Source: Bacillota bacterium (GTDB lineage: Bacteria; Bacillota; DTU030). From it: a stretch of DNA of 50,624 nt. A program made the position numbers and the translations under genes. Numbering within the stretch: position 1 is the first letter of the stretch; the number at the start of each line of letters is the position of its first letter. The stretch is taken from contig JAAYTH010000047.1 of NCBI GenBank assembly GCA_012523785.1, forward strand, positions 1 through 50,624, written 5' to 3'. The notes beneath the pieces were generated by a model. That model was not told the origin of the DNA. It ran no database searches and saw only the letters and a program-made list of their open reading frames with translations. Of this stretch, positions 31,973 through 39,327 are shown piece by piece.

Positions 31973-33184
31973 TTATCCGCCTATTTCCGCTCCACTAGTT
32001 ACGGATGTTTCCAACCCTTCTTCGGTGGTGGCCACAACAATGGCACCGGCAGCATCACCAAGAATATTCATGGAAGTACGGATCATGTCAAAGATTCGAT
32101 CTACTCCGGCGATAAGCAGTATACCCTCCAGGGGTAATCCCACTGCCTGCAGTACCATACTCAGCATGATCATACCGGCTCCGGGAACACCAGCGGTCCC
32201 AATAGAGGCTAAGGTGGCGGTGAGGATGATCATTAGGTACTGGGGAAGTCCAAGCTGGATTCCATAGACCTGGGCGATGAAGTAAGCACAGACACCTTGG
32301 TAAATGGCTGTACCGTCCATGTTAATCGTGGCTCCCAAAGGCTGAACAAAGCTGGAGATTTCACTGGGTACACCCAAGTTTTCTTGGGCATTGCGCATAG
32401 AAACAGGGAGTGTAGCTGCACTGGAGCAGGTGGTAAAGGCTACTGCCCAGGCCTCAAACATCCCCCGGAAGAAATCCATTGGATTTATTTTGGCGAAGAA
32501 ATAAACGGCTCCGGAATATACAAGAGCTGCATGCAAAATATTGGCAATATAAACGGCCAGGAGTGCCTTGGCTAGGGGTAGCAGTACATCTGCACCACTG
32601 GTGGCTGTGACCCAAGCCATAAGGGCCCCGGCGGCATAGGGTGCCAGGTTCATGATCATACCGGTTATAGTATACATGGTTTCGGCTAGGCTCTCACAAA
32701 AAGCCAAGAAAGGCTTTCCTTTATCACCGACCATGGTGGCACCGATGCCGACGAATAGGGCGGCAACAATAATTTGCAACATGTTATCCGTGGCTAGAGA
32801 ATCAATGATGTTAGTGGGTACCATATCAAGGAAAACATCGATAATGTTTGGTATGGGTGCTGCTTCATATTCACCTACCTCTGTCAATATAAAGCCTGCT
32901 CCGGGCTGCATAATTAGTGCAATGATTATGCCAATAACAATGGCGATGGCAGTTGTAAGAAGAAAGTAGACTATGGTTTTACCGCCGACACGGCCTAGTT
33001 TTCTTATATCCCCTATACTGGAAGCCCCCACTACAAGTGAGGCAAAGACCATGGGTGCAATAAGCATCTTGATTAAACGGATAAACAAATCGCCTACTGG
33101 TTTGAGTGCTGCCAATTGCGGGATAAATAAACCCAGGATAGCGCCAATCAGAAATCCGATTAGGACCTTTTGCCATAGCTTCAT
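31973..33184 (-). CDS. Dicarboxylate/amino acid:cation symporter (DAACS, GltP/GltT/SstT-like)
   Basis: 403 aa and multi-TM. Family hallmarks: MKLWQKVLIGFLIGAILG, LIKMLIAPMVFASLV, TCSSAATLPV, GATINMDGTA, AGVPGAG, DRIFDMIRTSMNILGDA. Confidence 0.9.
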   Translation of the reverse strand: MKLWQKVLIGFLIGAILGLFIPQLAALKPVGDLFIRLIKMLIAPMVFASLVVGASSIGDIRKLGRVGGKTIVYFLLTTAIAIVIGIIIALIMQPGAGFILTEVGEYEAAPIPNIIDVFLDMVPTNIIDSLATDNMLQIIVAALFVGIGATMVGDKGKPFLAFCESLAETMYTITGMIMNLAPYAAGALMAWVTATSGADVLLPLAKALLAVYIANILHAALVYSGAVYFFAKINPMDFFRGMFEAWAVAFTTCSSAATLPVSMRNAQENLGVPSEISSFVQPLGATINMDGTAIYQGVCAYFIAQVYGIQLGLPQYLMIILTATLASIGTAGVPGAGMIMLSMVLQAVGLPLEGILLIAGVDRIFDMIRTSMNILGDAAGAIVVATTEEGLETSVTSGAEIGG

Positions 33185-33472
33185 CTTTAAACCTCCTTTG
33201 AAGATTTAATAAGATACAAAACCATGTCCCAAGGTTTCGGTTCCTAATTTATCACCCCCGAAAATATTATTTGTTCATAAGGATCAAAAACCTATCCTGA
33301 AGTCTATTCCGGTTCATGCAACCGGGCAACTTGCACAATTATTGTGATGTGCCTCAATATTATATATTGTCCTTGAAAAGGGAAATTCCTGCCTGCAAAT
33401 TCATATTTGTCCCAAATCCAGTAATTTTAGCTATTTAGAACAGAATAAAACCATTATAAAGATTCTTCAAAA

Positions 33473-33501
33473 TTGACAGGGGGGTAAGGTAAGCTTATAA
33501 T
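33473..33501 (+). promoter_or_regulatory. Consensus sigma-70-type promoter upstream of the DUF134 gene
   Basis: TTGACA (33473-33478), a 17-nt spacer, then TATAAT (33496-33501). It lies 43 nt upstream of the ATG at 33545. Confidence 0.7.
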
Positions 33502-33544
33502 TGTAGTGGGTTGGGCTGAAAAGGATTAAATGGGAGTGATTTAT

Positions 33545-34009
33545 ATGGCTAGGCCACCTAAATGGCGGTGGGTTGAATTTATTCCCAAGATAACACATTT
33601 TAAACCAGCCGGTCTTCCTATGCGGGACTTAGACGAAATTGTCCTCACCCACGAAGAATTAGAAGCTATTCGCCTAAGTGATAAAGAAATGCTTGAGCAG
33701 GAAACATGTGCCCAAAGAATGGGAATTTCCCGGCCTACCTTCCACCGCATAATCAAGGGAGCCAGGGGGAAGGTGGCTGAAGCCCTAGTTGGAGGCAAGG
33801 CCATTAGAATTGCCGGTGGACGCTATCGGGTAGTTAAACGGTATTACCATTGCCACAGTTGCAACCATAGCTGGGATGGACCCCTTGTCACGTGCCCGCC
33901 GGAAGAAACCCACTGCCCCCAATGTGAAAGTGGGGATGTTGATGGTAAAAATGAAAGCGATGGTCGTGGGGGCCGCCACCGACGTAGGAGGGGCCGGGGG
34001 GAGGAATAG
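33545..34009 (+). CDS. DUF134 (UPF0251) family putative DNA-binding protein with a C-terminal zinc-ribbon and Arg/Gly-rich tail
   Basis: MARPPKWRWVEFIPKITHFKPAG...LTHEELEAIRLSDKEMLEQETCAQRMGISRPTFHRIIKGARGKVAEAL is the DUF134 pattern with a sigma-70-region-4-like HTH. This is followed by CHSCNHSW...CPQCESG and GRGGRHRRRRGRGEE. RBS GGGAGTGA. Confidence 0.75.
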   Translation: MARPPKWRWVEFIPKITHFKPAGLPMRDLDEIVLTHEELEAIRLSDKEMLEQETCAQRMGISRPTFHRIIKGARGKVAEALVGGKAIRIAGGRYRVVKRYYHCHSCNHSWDGPLVTCPPEETHCPQCESGDVDGKNESDGRGGRHRRRRGRGEE

Positions 34010-34039
34010 AGGACACTAGGTTTTTTTATATTTTCTGCC

Positions 34040-34069
34040 TTGACAGGAAGAGCTAGGGGTTGGTATACT
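34040..34069 (+). promoter_or_regulatory. Sigma-70-type promoter with extended -10, upstream of the glutaredoxin-like gene
   Basis: TTGACA (34040-34045), an 18-nt spacer whose end is TGG, then TATACT (34064-34069). The TGnTATACT arrangement matches an extended -10. Confidence 0.6.
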
Positions 34070-34121
34070 GGCTGTAGCAATACCCCCATGGGTATATTAA
34101 AATGTGGAGGAGGTATTTATC

Positions 34122-34361
34122 ATGGCCACAAGAGTAATAGTCTACAGCACTCCCACCTGCCCTTATTGCAACCTGGTTAAGGAATATTTAGAAGAAAATG
34201 ATGTGGATTTTAGTGTAATTGATGTGACAGTTGACCAAGAAGCAAGGGAAGAATTTATCCGCAAGGGTTATCGGGGTGTCCCGGTGACTGTTATTGGTAC
34301 AGAAGAAATAACAGGTTTTGATGTTTCTAGATTGGAAAAAGCCCTGGCTGAACTCCAATAA
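34122..34361 (+). CDS. Glutaredoxin-like protein (NrdH/Grx family, CPYC active site)
   Basis: MATRVIVYSTPTCPYCNLVKEYLEENDVDFSVIDV...YRGVPVTVIG. GGAGGAGG lies 8 nt upstream of the ATG at 34122; the track start at 34104 falls inside the RBS. Confidence 0.85.
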   Translation: MATRVIVYSTPTCPYCNLVKEYLEENDVDFSVIDVTVDQEAREEFIRKGYRGVPVTVIGTEEITGFDVSRLEKALAELQ

Positions 34362-34549
34362 CATTAATTGTAAGGACAATGAATATTCCCCCCAATTACC
34401 TGGGGGGAAATATTTTACCCCCGGGAATATACTGTCTGGAAAGAAATATTTCCAGCGAGCAGGAATTCCAAATGCTAAAAAGAAAGCAATCCTAATCCTA
34501 TAGGCGAATATGTTAATAACAATATAATATAAGGAAAGGGGGTATAGGG

Positions 34550-35755
34550 TTGAGGTTGTCACAGCGCGTATTAACCGTGCCGGAGTCTCCTATTAGAAAA
34601 CTTACTCCTCTGGCTGATAAGGCAAAAAAAACGGGACGGAGGATCTATCATTTAAATATTGGTCAACCAGATCTGCCTACTCCAGAAGGCTTTTTAAAGG
34701 GGGTAAAAAATTTCCGGGGGGAAGTTTTAAGTTATTGCCCCTCCCCGGGGCTTCCGGAACTTTTGCAGGTGTTTTCTGATTACTATCGCCAGCGGGAAAT
34801 TCCGCTGGCACCAGAAGAATTGCTGGTTACAAATGGTGGCAGTGAAGCTTTACTTTTTTCCTTCATGGCTGTCTGTGATCCTGGTGATGAAATGCTTGTT
34901 CCCGAGCCCTTTTATACCAGTTACTACCTTATAGCCAGAGCCCTGGGCATCAAACTGTGCCCAGTGCCCACTTTTGTTGAAGACGGTTTTCACCTTCCAG
35001 CCTGGGGAGAATTTGAAAGACGTATTACACCCCGCACCCGGGCCCTACTGGTGACAAATCCCGGTAATCCCACCGGGACCGTCTACACAAGAGAAGAAAT
35101 GAATATGTTGGGTGAGTTGGCTAAAAAATTTAACCTATTCTTGATTGCTGACGAAGTCTATCGGGAATTTGTTTATGAAGGTGAACATAAGAGTTTTTTA
35201 GAGTATTCTACCCTTTGGGATCGGATTCTGTTGGTCGATAGCATCTCCAAACGCTTTAGCGCCTGTGGTGCACGGATTGGCTCCTTAGCATGTAAAAATC
35301 CGATAATTAGGAAACAATTGCACAAGTTGGCTGAAACCCGTTTGGCAGTAGCCATGATGGAACAAATGGGAGCCATCGCCCTTGCCGAAACACCCTCTGA
35401 CTATTTTCAGAGGGCTAACTTGGAATACAAACGGCGGCGGGATATAACTGTTGCTGGGCTACAGTCTATTCCAGGGGTCTATTGTCGTCGTCCGGAAGGG
35501 GCCTTTTATATTCTCGCTCGGCTTCCAGTAGTCGACGCTGAGGATTTTGCCGCTTGGCTCCTACAGGATTTTTACCTTGACGGTGCTACTGTGATGCTGG
35601 CCCCGGCCAATGGTTTTTATTTAACACCTGGCAAGGGGAAGGACGAAGTTCGCATTGCATATGTCCTCAAAGAGGAAGACCTGGTTGATGCCCTGGCCAT
35701 ACTTAAAGAAGGGTTAAGAGTGTATAATAATAGATCAACGGCTAGTTCGGGATGA
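34550..35755 (+). CDS. Class I/II pyridoxal-phosphate-dependent aminotransferase (aspartate/aromatic aminotransferase-like)
   Basis: 401 aa. Motifs: ESPIRKL, LNIGQPDLPTP, NPGNPTG, LIADEVYREF, DSISKRFSACGARIG (the PLP lysine context). Confidence 0.85.
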   Translation: MRLSQRVLTVPESPIRKLTPLADKAKKTGRRIYHLNIGQPDLPTPEGFLKGVKNFRGEVLSYCPSPGLPELLQVFSDYYRQREIPLAPEELLVTNGGSEALLFSFMAVCDPGDEMLVPEPFYTSYYLIARALGIKLCPVPTFVEDGFHLPAWGEFERRITPRTRALLVTNPGNPTGTVYTREEMNMLGELAKKFNLFLIADEVYREFVYEGEHKSFLEYSTLWDRILLVDSISKRFSACGARIGSLACKNPIIRKQLHKLAETRLAVAMMEQMGAIALAETPSDYFQRANLEYKRRRDITVAGLQSIPGVYCRRPEGAFYILARLPVVDAEDFAAWLLQDFYLDGATVMLAPANGFYLTPGKGKDEVRIAYVLKEEDLVDALAILKEGLRVYNNRSTASSG

Positions 35756-35907
35756 GGCCGGGCTTTAGTTAGGCTATCCAATGCCAAGCCTTTTACCAAA
35801 GGTTATTATGGATATTGCCATTTTTCCATTGCGGGATCTATTTAATCTATAAGGATGGCCAGGACTAGGCTACTGGCTGTTTCTTTTTATTCCGTTGGGG
35901 GAAAGGC

Positions 35908-35942
35908 AACAGGCAAGTACCCCAGACGATGTCTTGCCTGTT
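35908..35942 (+). terminator. Hairpin downstream of the aminotransferase gene (first of two tandem hairpins)
   Basis: AACAGGCAAG (35908-35917) and CTTGCCTGTT (35933-35942) form a perfect 10-bp stem with a 15-nt loop, followed by TAT. Confidence 0.45.
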
Positions 35943-35949
35943 TATAGTG

Positions 35950-35979
35950 AAGCGGAGGATCTTTAAAGATCCTCCGCTT
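35950..35979. terminator. Near-perfect 30-nt palindromic hairpin (second of two tandem hairpins)
   Basis: AAGCGGAGGATCTT-TA-AAGATCCTCCGCTT, followed by AGTTTTCG. The sequence is symmetric, so it could terminate transcription from either direction. Confidence 0.5.
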
Positions 35980-36135
35980 AGTTTTCGATAACATCGCCGG
36001 GCACCTCCGGGCAGTAATTCATGCCGCCCAGGGCGGCACCATTTAAAAGATGAAATAGAATAGGGTAGTGGCTAGTGACCGTAGTTATCCTTATCCCGGG
36101 CTTGGGCATAACGGGAGCCCATTGGTAATAGCCAG

Positions 36136-36167
36136 TGGTTAACCATACATAAAATATAGGTTGACCA
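36136..36167 (+). promoter_or_regulatory. Candidate BirA operator upstream of bioY
   Basis: TGGTTAACC, a 14-nt AT-rich spacer, then GGTTGACCA. This resembles the Firmicute BirA site (TGTTAACC-N14-GGTTAACA as I recall it) with 1 and 2 mismatches in the two half-sites. It lies 60 nt upstream of the bioY start. Confidence 0.45.
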
Positions 36168-36226
36168 TACAGGGAAAAGTTGATATGCTACATATAGTAA
36201 ATATAAACGCTAGGAGGGTATATGTA

Positions 36227-36805
36227 TTGGAGAAAAAAACATTCATGTCTTTGCGGGAGATGTTGAGAGCGGGCTTAATGGCTGCTTTAACAGGTGTTCT
36301 GGCCTGGGTTCAGATTCCTTTACCCTTTAGCCCCGTACCAATAACAGGGCAGACCTTTGGGGTTATGCTGGCCGGTTCCCTTTTGGGGGCCAGAACAGGT
36401 TTTATCAGTATGCTATTATTTTTACTTCTAGGGACAGCGGGAGTGCCAGTATTTGCCGGTGCCAAGGCCGGGATAGGGGTACTTCTCGGCCCCACGGGGG
36501 GGTATCTTTTGGCCTTTCCCCTGGCCGCCTATATTATCGGCCGCATTGCCTGTCCACCCCGGGGGGCCTCGGGGCTAATGCGGATGGGTTGGGCAAATTT
36601 AATTGGGGGTATTTTAGTTATTTACACAATGGGAACTATACAACTTGCCTTGGTTGCTAATATGGATCTTAGTACTGCATTTGTCGCAGGTTCTCTATAT
36701 TTCATACCCGGGGATCTCTTGAAGGTGGTGGTGGCAGCCGCTGTGGCTAGTCGTGTGCGGGCTATTATACCGCATTTTAAACTGGAGGGAAAAGGGGAAG
36801 GATAA
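36227..36805 (+). CDS. bioY: Biotin transporter S component BioY
   Basis: Motifs: AALTGVLAWVQIPLPFSPVPITGQTFGVMLAGSLLG...LLGTAGVPVFAG...GPTGGYLLAFPLAAYIIG...FIPGDLLKVV. I prefer the TTG at 36227, which has AGGAGGG 8 nt upstream. The ATG at 36245 is an alternative. Confidence 0.9.
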   Translation: MEKKTFMSLREMLRAGLMAALTGVLAWVQIPLPFSPVPITGQTFGVMLAGSLLGARTGFISMLLFLLLGTAGVPVFAGAKAGIGVLLGPTGGYLLAFPLAAYIIGRIACPPRGASGLMRMGWANLIGGILVIYTMGTIQLALVANMDLSTAFVAGSLYFIPGDLLKVVVAAAVASRVRAIIPHFKLEGKGEG

Positions 36806-36840
36806 AATACATAGATAGCCAGGACCTGAAAAAGGCCTTT

Positions 36841-36875
36841 AAACCCCGGAGTTTTAAACGGGGTTTTTCTTTTTA
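36841..36875 (+). terminator. Intrinsic terminator after bioY
   Basis: AAACCCCG (36841-48), a 10-nt loop, CGGGGTTT (36859-66), then TTCTTTTT. Confidence 0.8.
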
Positions 36876-37005
36876 AGGCTGGCATTACGTCGCTGAAAAC
36901 GATAAAATAGTGGCACAGTGCTAAACAACAAGCCCAATTATTAATGGGGCAACTGCCCTTAACTATAAAACAAGGGTTTCAAATGGCAGAAAGGAAGGGG
37001 AAGTA

Positions 37006-37458
37006 TTGGTGAAGAAATTGTACCGGTCGCGAAGGGACAGGATCTTGGGCGGGGTTTCCGGCGGTATAGCTAATTATCTGGGAATAGATGTTGTTCTAGT
37101 GAGGATTATATGGGTAATATTATCCTTGGGCGTTGGGAGTGGCCTTATCGGTTATATTATTTGCTGGGTTATTATTCCCGAAGAGCCCCTTGGACATTCT
37201 ACCAAGCAGGGTGATGTCATTGATACGGCAACGGGGGAGGGGGGGCGACGGGTCATCGGTTTGTTTTTAATGGGGTTGGGTGTTTTTTGTCTTCTACGCA
37301 GGTTGAGTGGCGTATTTTTATCTTTGCTAAATAGGTTTTTGCCGGGTATATACTGGCATCAGTTATGGCATTTAGCCTGCTCTCTTTTTTGGCCCTTGGT
37401 GCTAATACTAGCAGGAATAGCCCTGATGGTTGGGGCCCTTGGGAGGAGAAGATATTGA
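37006..37458 (+). CDS. PspC-domain membrane protein
   Basis: KLYRSRRDRILGGVSGGIANYLGIDVVLVRIIWVILSL is the PspC-domain signature. Additional TM helices follow. Confidence 0.85.
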   Translation: MVKKLYRSRRDRILGGVSGGIANYLGIDVVLVRIIWVILSLGVGSGLIGYIICWVIIPEEPLGHSTKQGDVIDTATGEGGRRVIGLFLMGLGVFCLLRRLSGVFLSLLNRFLPGIYWHQLWHLACSLFWPLVLILAGIALMVGALGRRRY

Positions 37459-37793
37459 AAAGCCAGCGCTTTTTACTGGGACTGTTTTTGCTGTCAGTTG
37501 GTTTTGTATTGTTTCTGCAGAGACTTGATTTGATCCCTTTTTTTTCTCTTGGGGAAACTTTAGCCAAGTATTGGCCCGTTATACTGATTGGGATTGGGTT
37601 TTACCTGGCATGCAACCGCGGTAATGCCATAATTATTGTAATCATGTCTTTGTTTGTACTTCTGCTTTTAGGGGCGGGCTTGGCCTGGTTGGAAAACTCA
37701 GGTGGGGACTGGAATAATTATAACCGGGGGCGGGATGAGGTGATTATTCCGCGACAGATTGAGGTTCTGCCCATACCCCGGTTACAAAGATAG
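37455..37793 (+). CDS. Small multi-pass membrane protein (LiaF-N/DUF5668-like), translationally coupled to the PspC-domain gene
   Basis: The TTG at 37455 overlaps the TGA of the upstream gene (TTGA), with GGGAGGAG 7 nt upstream. The sequence is LKSQRFLLGLFLLSVGFVLFLQRLDLIPFF...YWPVILIGIGFYLA. The track start at 37365 would overlap the PspC-domain ORF by 94 nt. Confidence 0.55.
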   Translation: MKSQRFLLGLFLLSVGFVLFLQRLDLIPFFSLGETLAKYWPVILIGIGFYLACNRGNAIIIVIMSLFVLLLLGAGLAWLENSGGDWNNYNRGRDEVIIPRQIEVLPIPRLQR

Positions 37794-37823
37794 TTTAGCT
37801 GCTATATAATAATGGTAAATCTT

Positions 37824-38588
37824 TTAGTCATTTTCTGATCTGGGGCCTTTTGGCCAATGCCGGGGTTGCCAATAAAATCGATATAGAATTACAGCGATTA
37901 TGGTAGCGGCACTGACCAATTGTGCGGTACGATAAGGGCCAAACATAAGGCTATCTGTCCGGAATCCCTCTATAAAAAAACGCCCCAGGGAATAACCGCC
38001 AATATATGTTAAAAAAATATCTCCAGTGCAAAGATCCTTACGGCGGCGCAGCCATAGAAGGAGAAGGAATATAAATATATTCCACAGGAATTCATAAAGG
38101 AAGGTGGGATGGCGGTATGCACCGGCAATGTACATGGCCCAGGGGAGGTCTGTGGGGTAGCCGTAGGCTTCTTGGTTAAAGAAATTTCCCCAACGACCGA
38201 TGGCTTGGCCCAAAATAAAGCTGGGGGCAACTATGTCCGTCAGTTTTACAAAGGGAAGCCCGTAATAACGGGTCATAATATAGCCTACCAGCAGCCCACC
38301 GATGATTGCCCCGTGGATGGCGAGGCCGCCCTCCCAGATCATAACAGTTTCCAGCGGGTGTAGGCTGTAATAATCCCAGCGAAAGATCACATAAAATAAA
38401 CGAGATCCTATTAATCCCCCCGGAATGGCCGCCAAAAGCACATTGAAAAACTGGTCTAGGTCAATGCCCTCGCGTTCCACTTCCCGGGTGGCCAGGTATA
38501 TCCCAATAAGGATAGCCGATGCGATTAAAAGGCCATACCAGCGGATGGGAATGTTTCCAATCTTAAATGCGACAGGATTAGGATTCAT
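37824..38588 (-). CDS. lgt: Prolipoprotein diacylglyceryl transferase
   Basis: 254 aa. Motifs: IRWYGLLIASAILIG, GGLIGSRLFYV, WEGGLAIHGAIIGG, GRWGNFFNQEAYG, GLFLxGY-like LTYIGGYSLGRFFIEGFRTD. Confidence 0.95.
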   Translation of the reverse strand: MNPNPVAFKIGNIPIRWYGLLIASAILIGIYLATREVEREGIDLDQFFNVLLAAIPGGLIGSRLFYVIFRWDYYSLHPLETVMIWEGGLAIHGAIIGGLLVGYIMTRYYGLPFVKLTDIVAPSFILGQAIGRWGNFFNQEAYGYPTDLPWAMYIAGAYRHPTFLYEFLWNIFIFLLLLWLRRRKDLCTGDIFLTYIGGYSLGRFFIEGFRTDSLMFGPYRTAQLVSAATIIAVILYRFYWQPRHWPKGPRSEND

Positions 38589-38965
38589 TTCTTTGCCCCT
38601 TTCTGAGGGTTATGTTAAATAAATGCCCCGACTTGATGGGATGTTATGCCCCTAGTGCATTAGGCGGAAGGAGGAATGCCCTTAGAAGAATTCGATTATA
38701 CGCTTTAAATTCCTCTTTTCATTTTTACTAACGGTGGATATAGTGTTTTTATATGGCATTTCCCCTAGTATAGTGTCCACCTGGACACTTCCACGGCAAA
38801 AGCCGCCTAGACTAATTTATGCCCCACATGAAGAGGATGTATTTTGAAAAGCCGCCCACACGGATAATTATCCGCCGGGTGCGGCCTGTAGTACAAGGTA
38901 AAGGAAACATATCATTGCTGATACTTTCTTTCTTAGAGGACTAAAAATGGGGGGGTGATGGTGGG

Positions 38966-39247
38966 ATGAAACATCCGGTTGCTAGTGATGCCAGAAAAAA
39001 TATCTACAACCGCCTACGGCGAATTGAAGGACAGGCACGGGGGATTCAAAGAATGGTGGAGGAGGGAAAGGATTGCACCCAGATTATTACCCAGCTTACT
39101 GCCCTTCAGGCGGCGGTTAAGAATGTAAGCAAGCTGGTCTTGAGTAATTACTTGGAATGCTGCATAGAAGAAGAAATGTCCCGCAGTGGTGATTACCGAG
39201 CGGCGATAAGACGACTTTCGGAAATACTTATTCAGGCCAAACTGTAA
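38966..39247 (+). CDS. CsoR/RcnR/FrmR (DUF156) family metal- or stress-sensing transcriptional repressor
   Basis: 93 aa. Motifs: NRLRRIEGQARGIQRMVEEGKDCTQIITQLTALQAAVKNVSKLVLSNYLECC. The sensing positions read C...Y...C rather than the CsoR C-H-C, so the effector is unclear. Confidence 0.8.
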   Translation: MKHPVASDARKNIYNRLRRIEGQARGIQRMVEEGKDCTQIITQLTALQAAVKNVSKLVLSNYLECCIEEEMSRSGDYRAAIRRLSEILIQAKL

Positions 39248-39269
39248 ACGGCGAGAAACCAAAAACGAA

Positions 39270-39300
39270 CCACGAGACCCGTTTTAGACGGGACTCGCGG
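39270..39300. terminator. Imperfect hairpin between convergent csoR-like and amidase genes
   Basis: CCACGAGACCCGT, loop TTTAG, ACGGGACTCGCGG. The stem is 13 bp with two mismatches. Flanking sequence is A-rich on the left and TATTTAT on the right. Confidence 0.5.
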
Positions 39301-39327
39301 TATTTATGGACAATAATTTATCTTGTT

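Noticed and set aside
31783-31998. 71-aa plus-strand ORF after ecfT
   Set aside because: It spans the bidirectional terminator hairpin (31904-31942) and overlaps the end of the convergent symporter gene. It has no RBS and no motifs.
34188-34562. 124-aa minus-strand ORF and 61-aa plus-strand ORF between the glutaredoxin-like and aminotransferase genes
   Set aside because: The minus-strand ORF overlaps the well-supported CPYC glutaredoxin gene in antisense. Neither ORF has an RBS or recognisable features.
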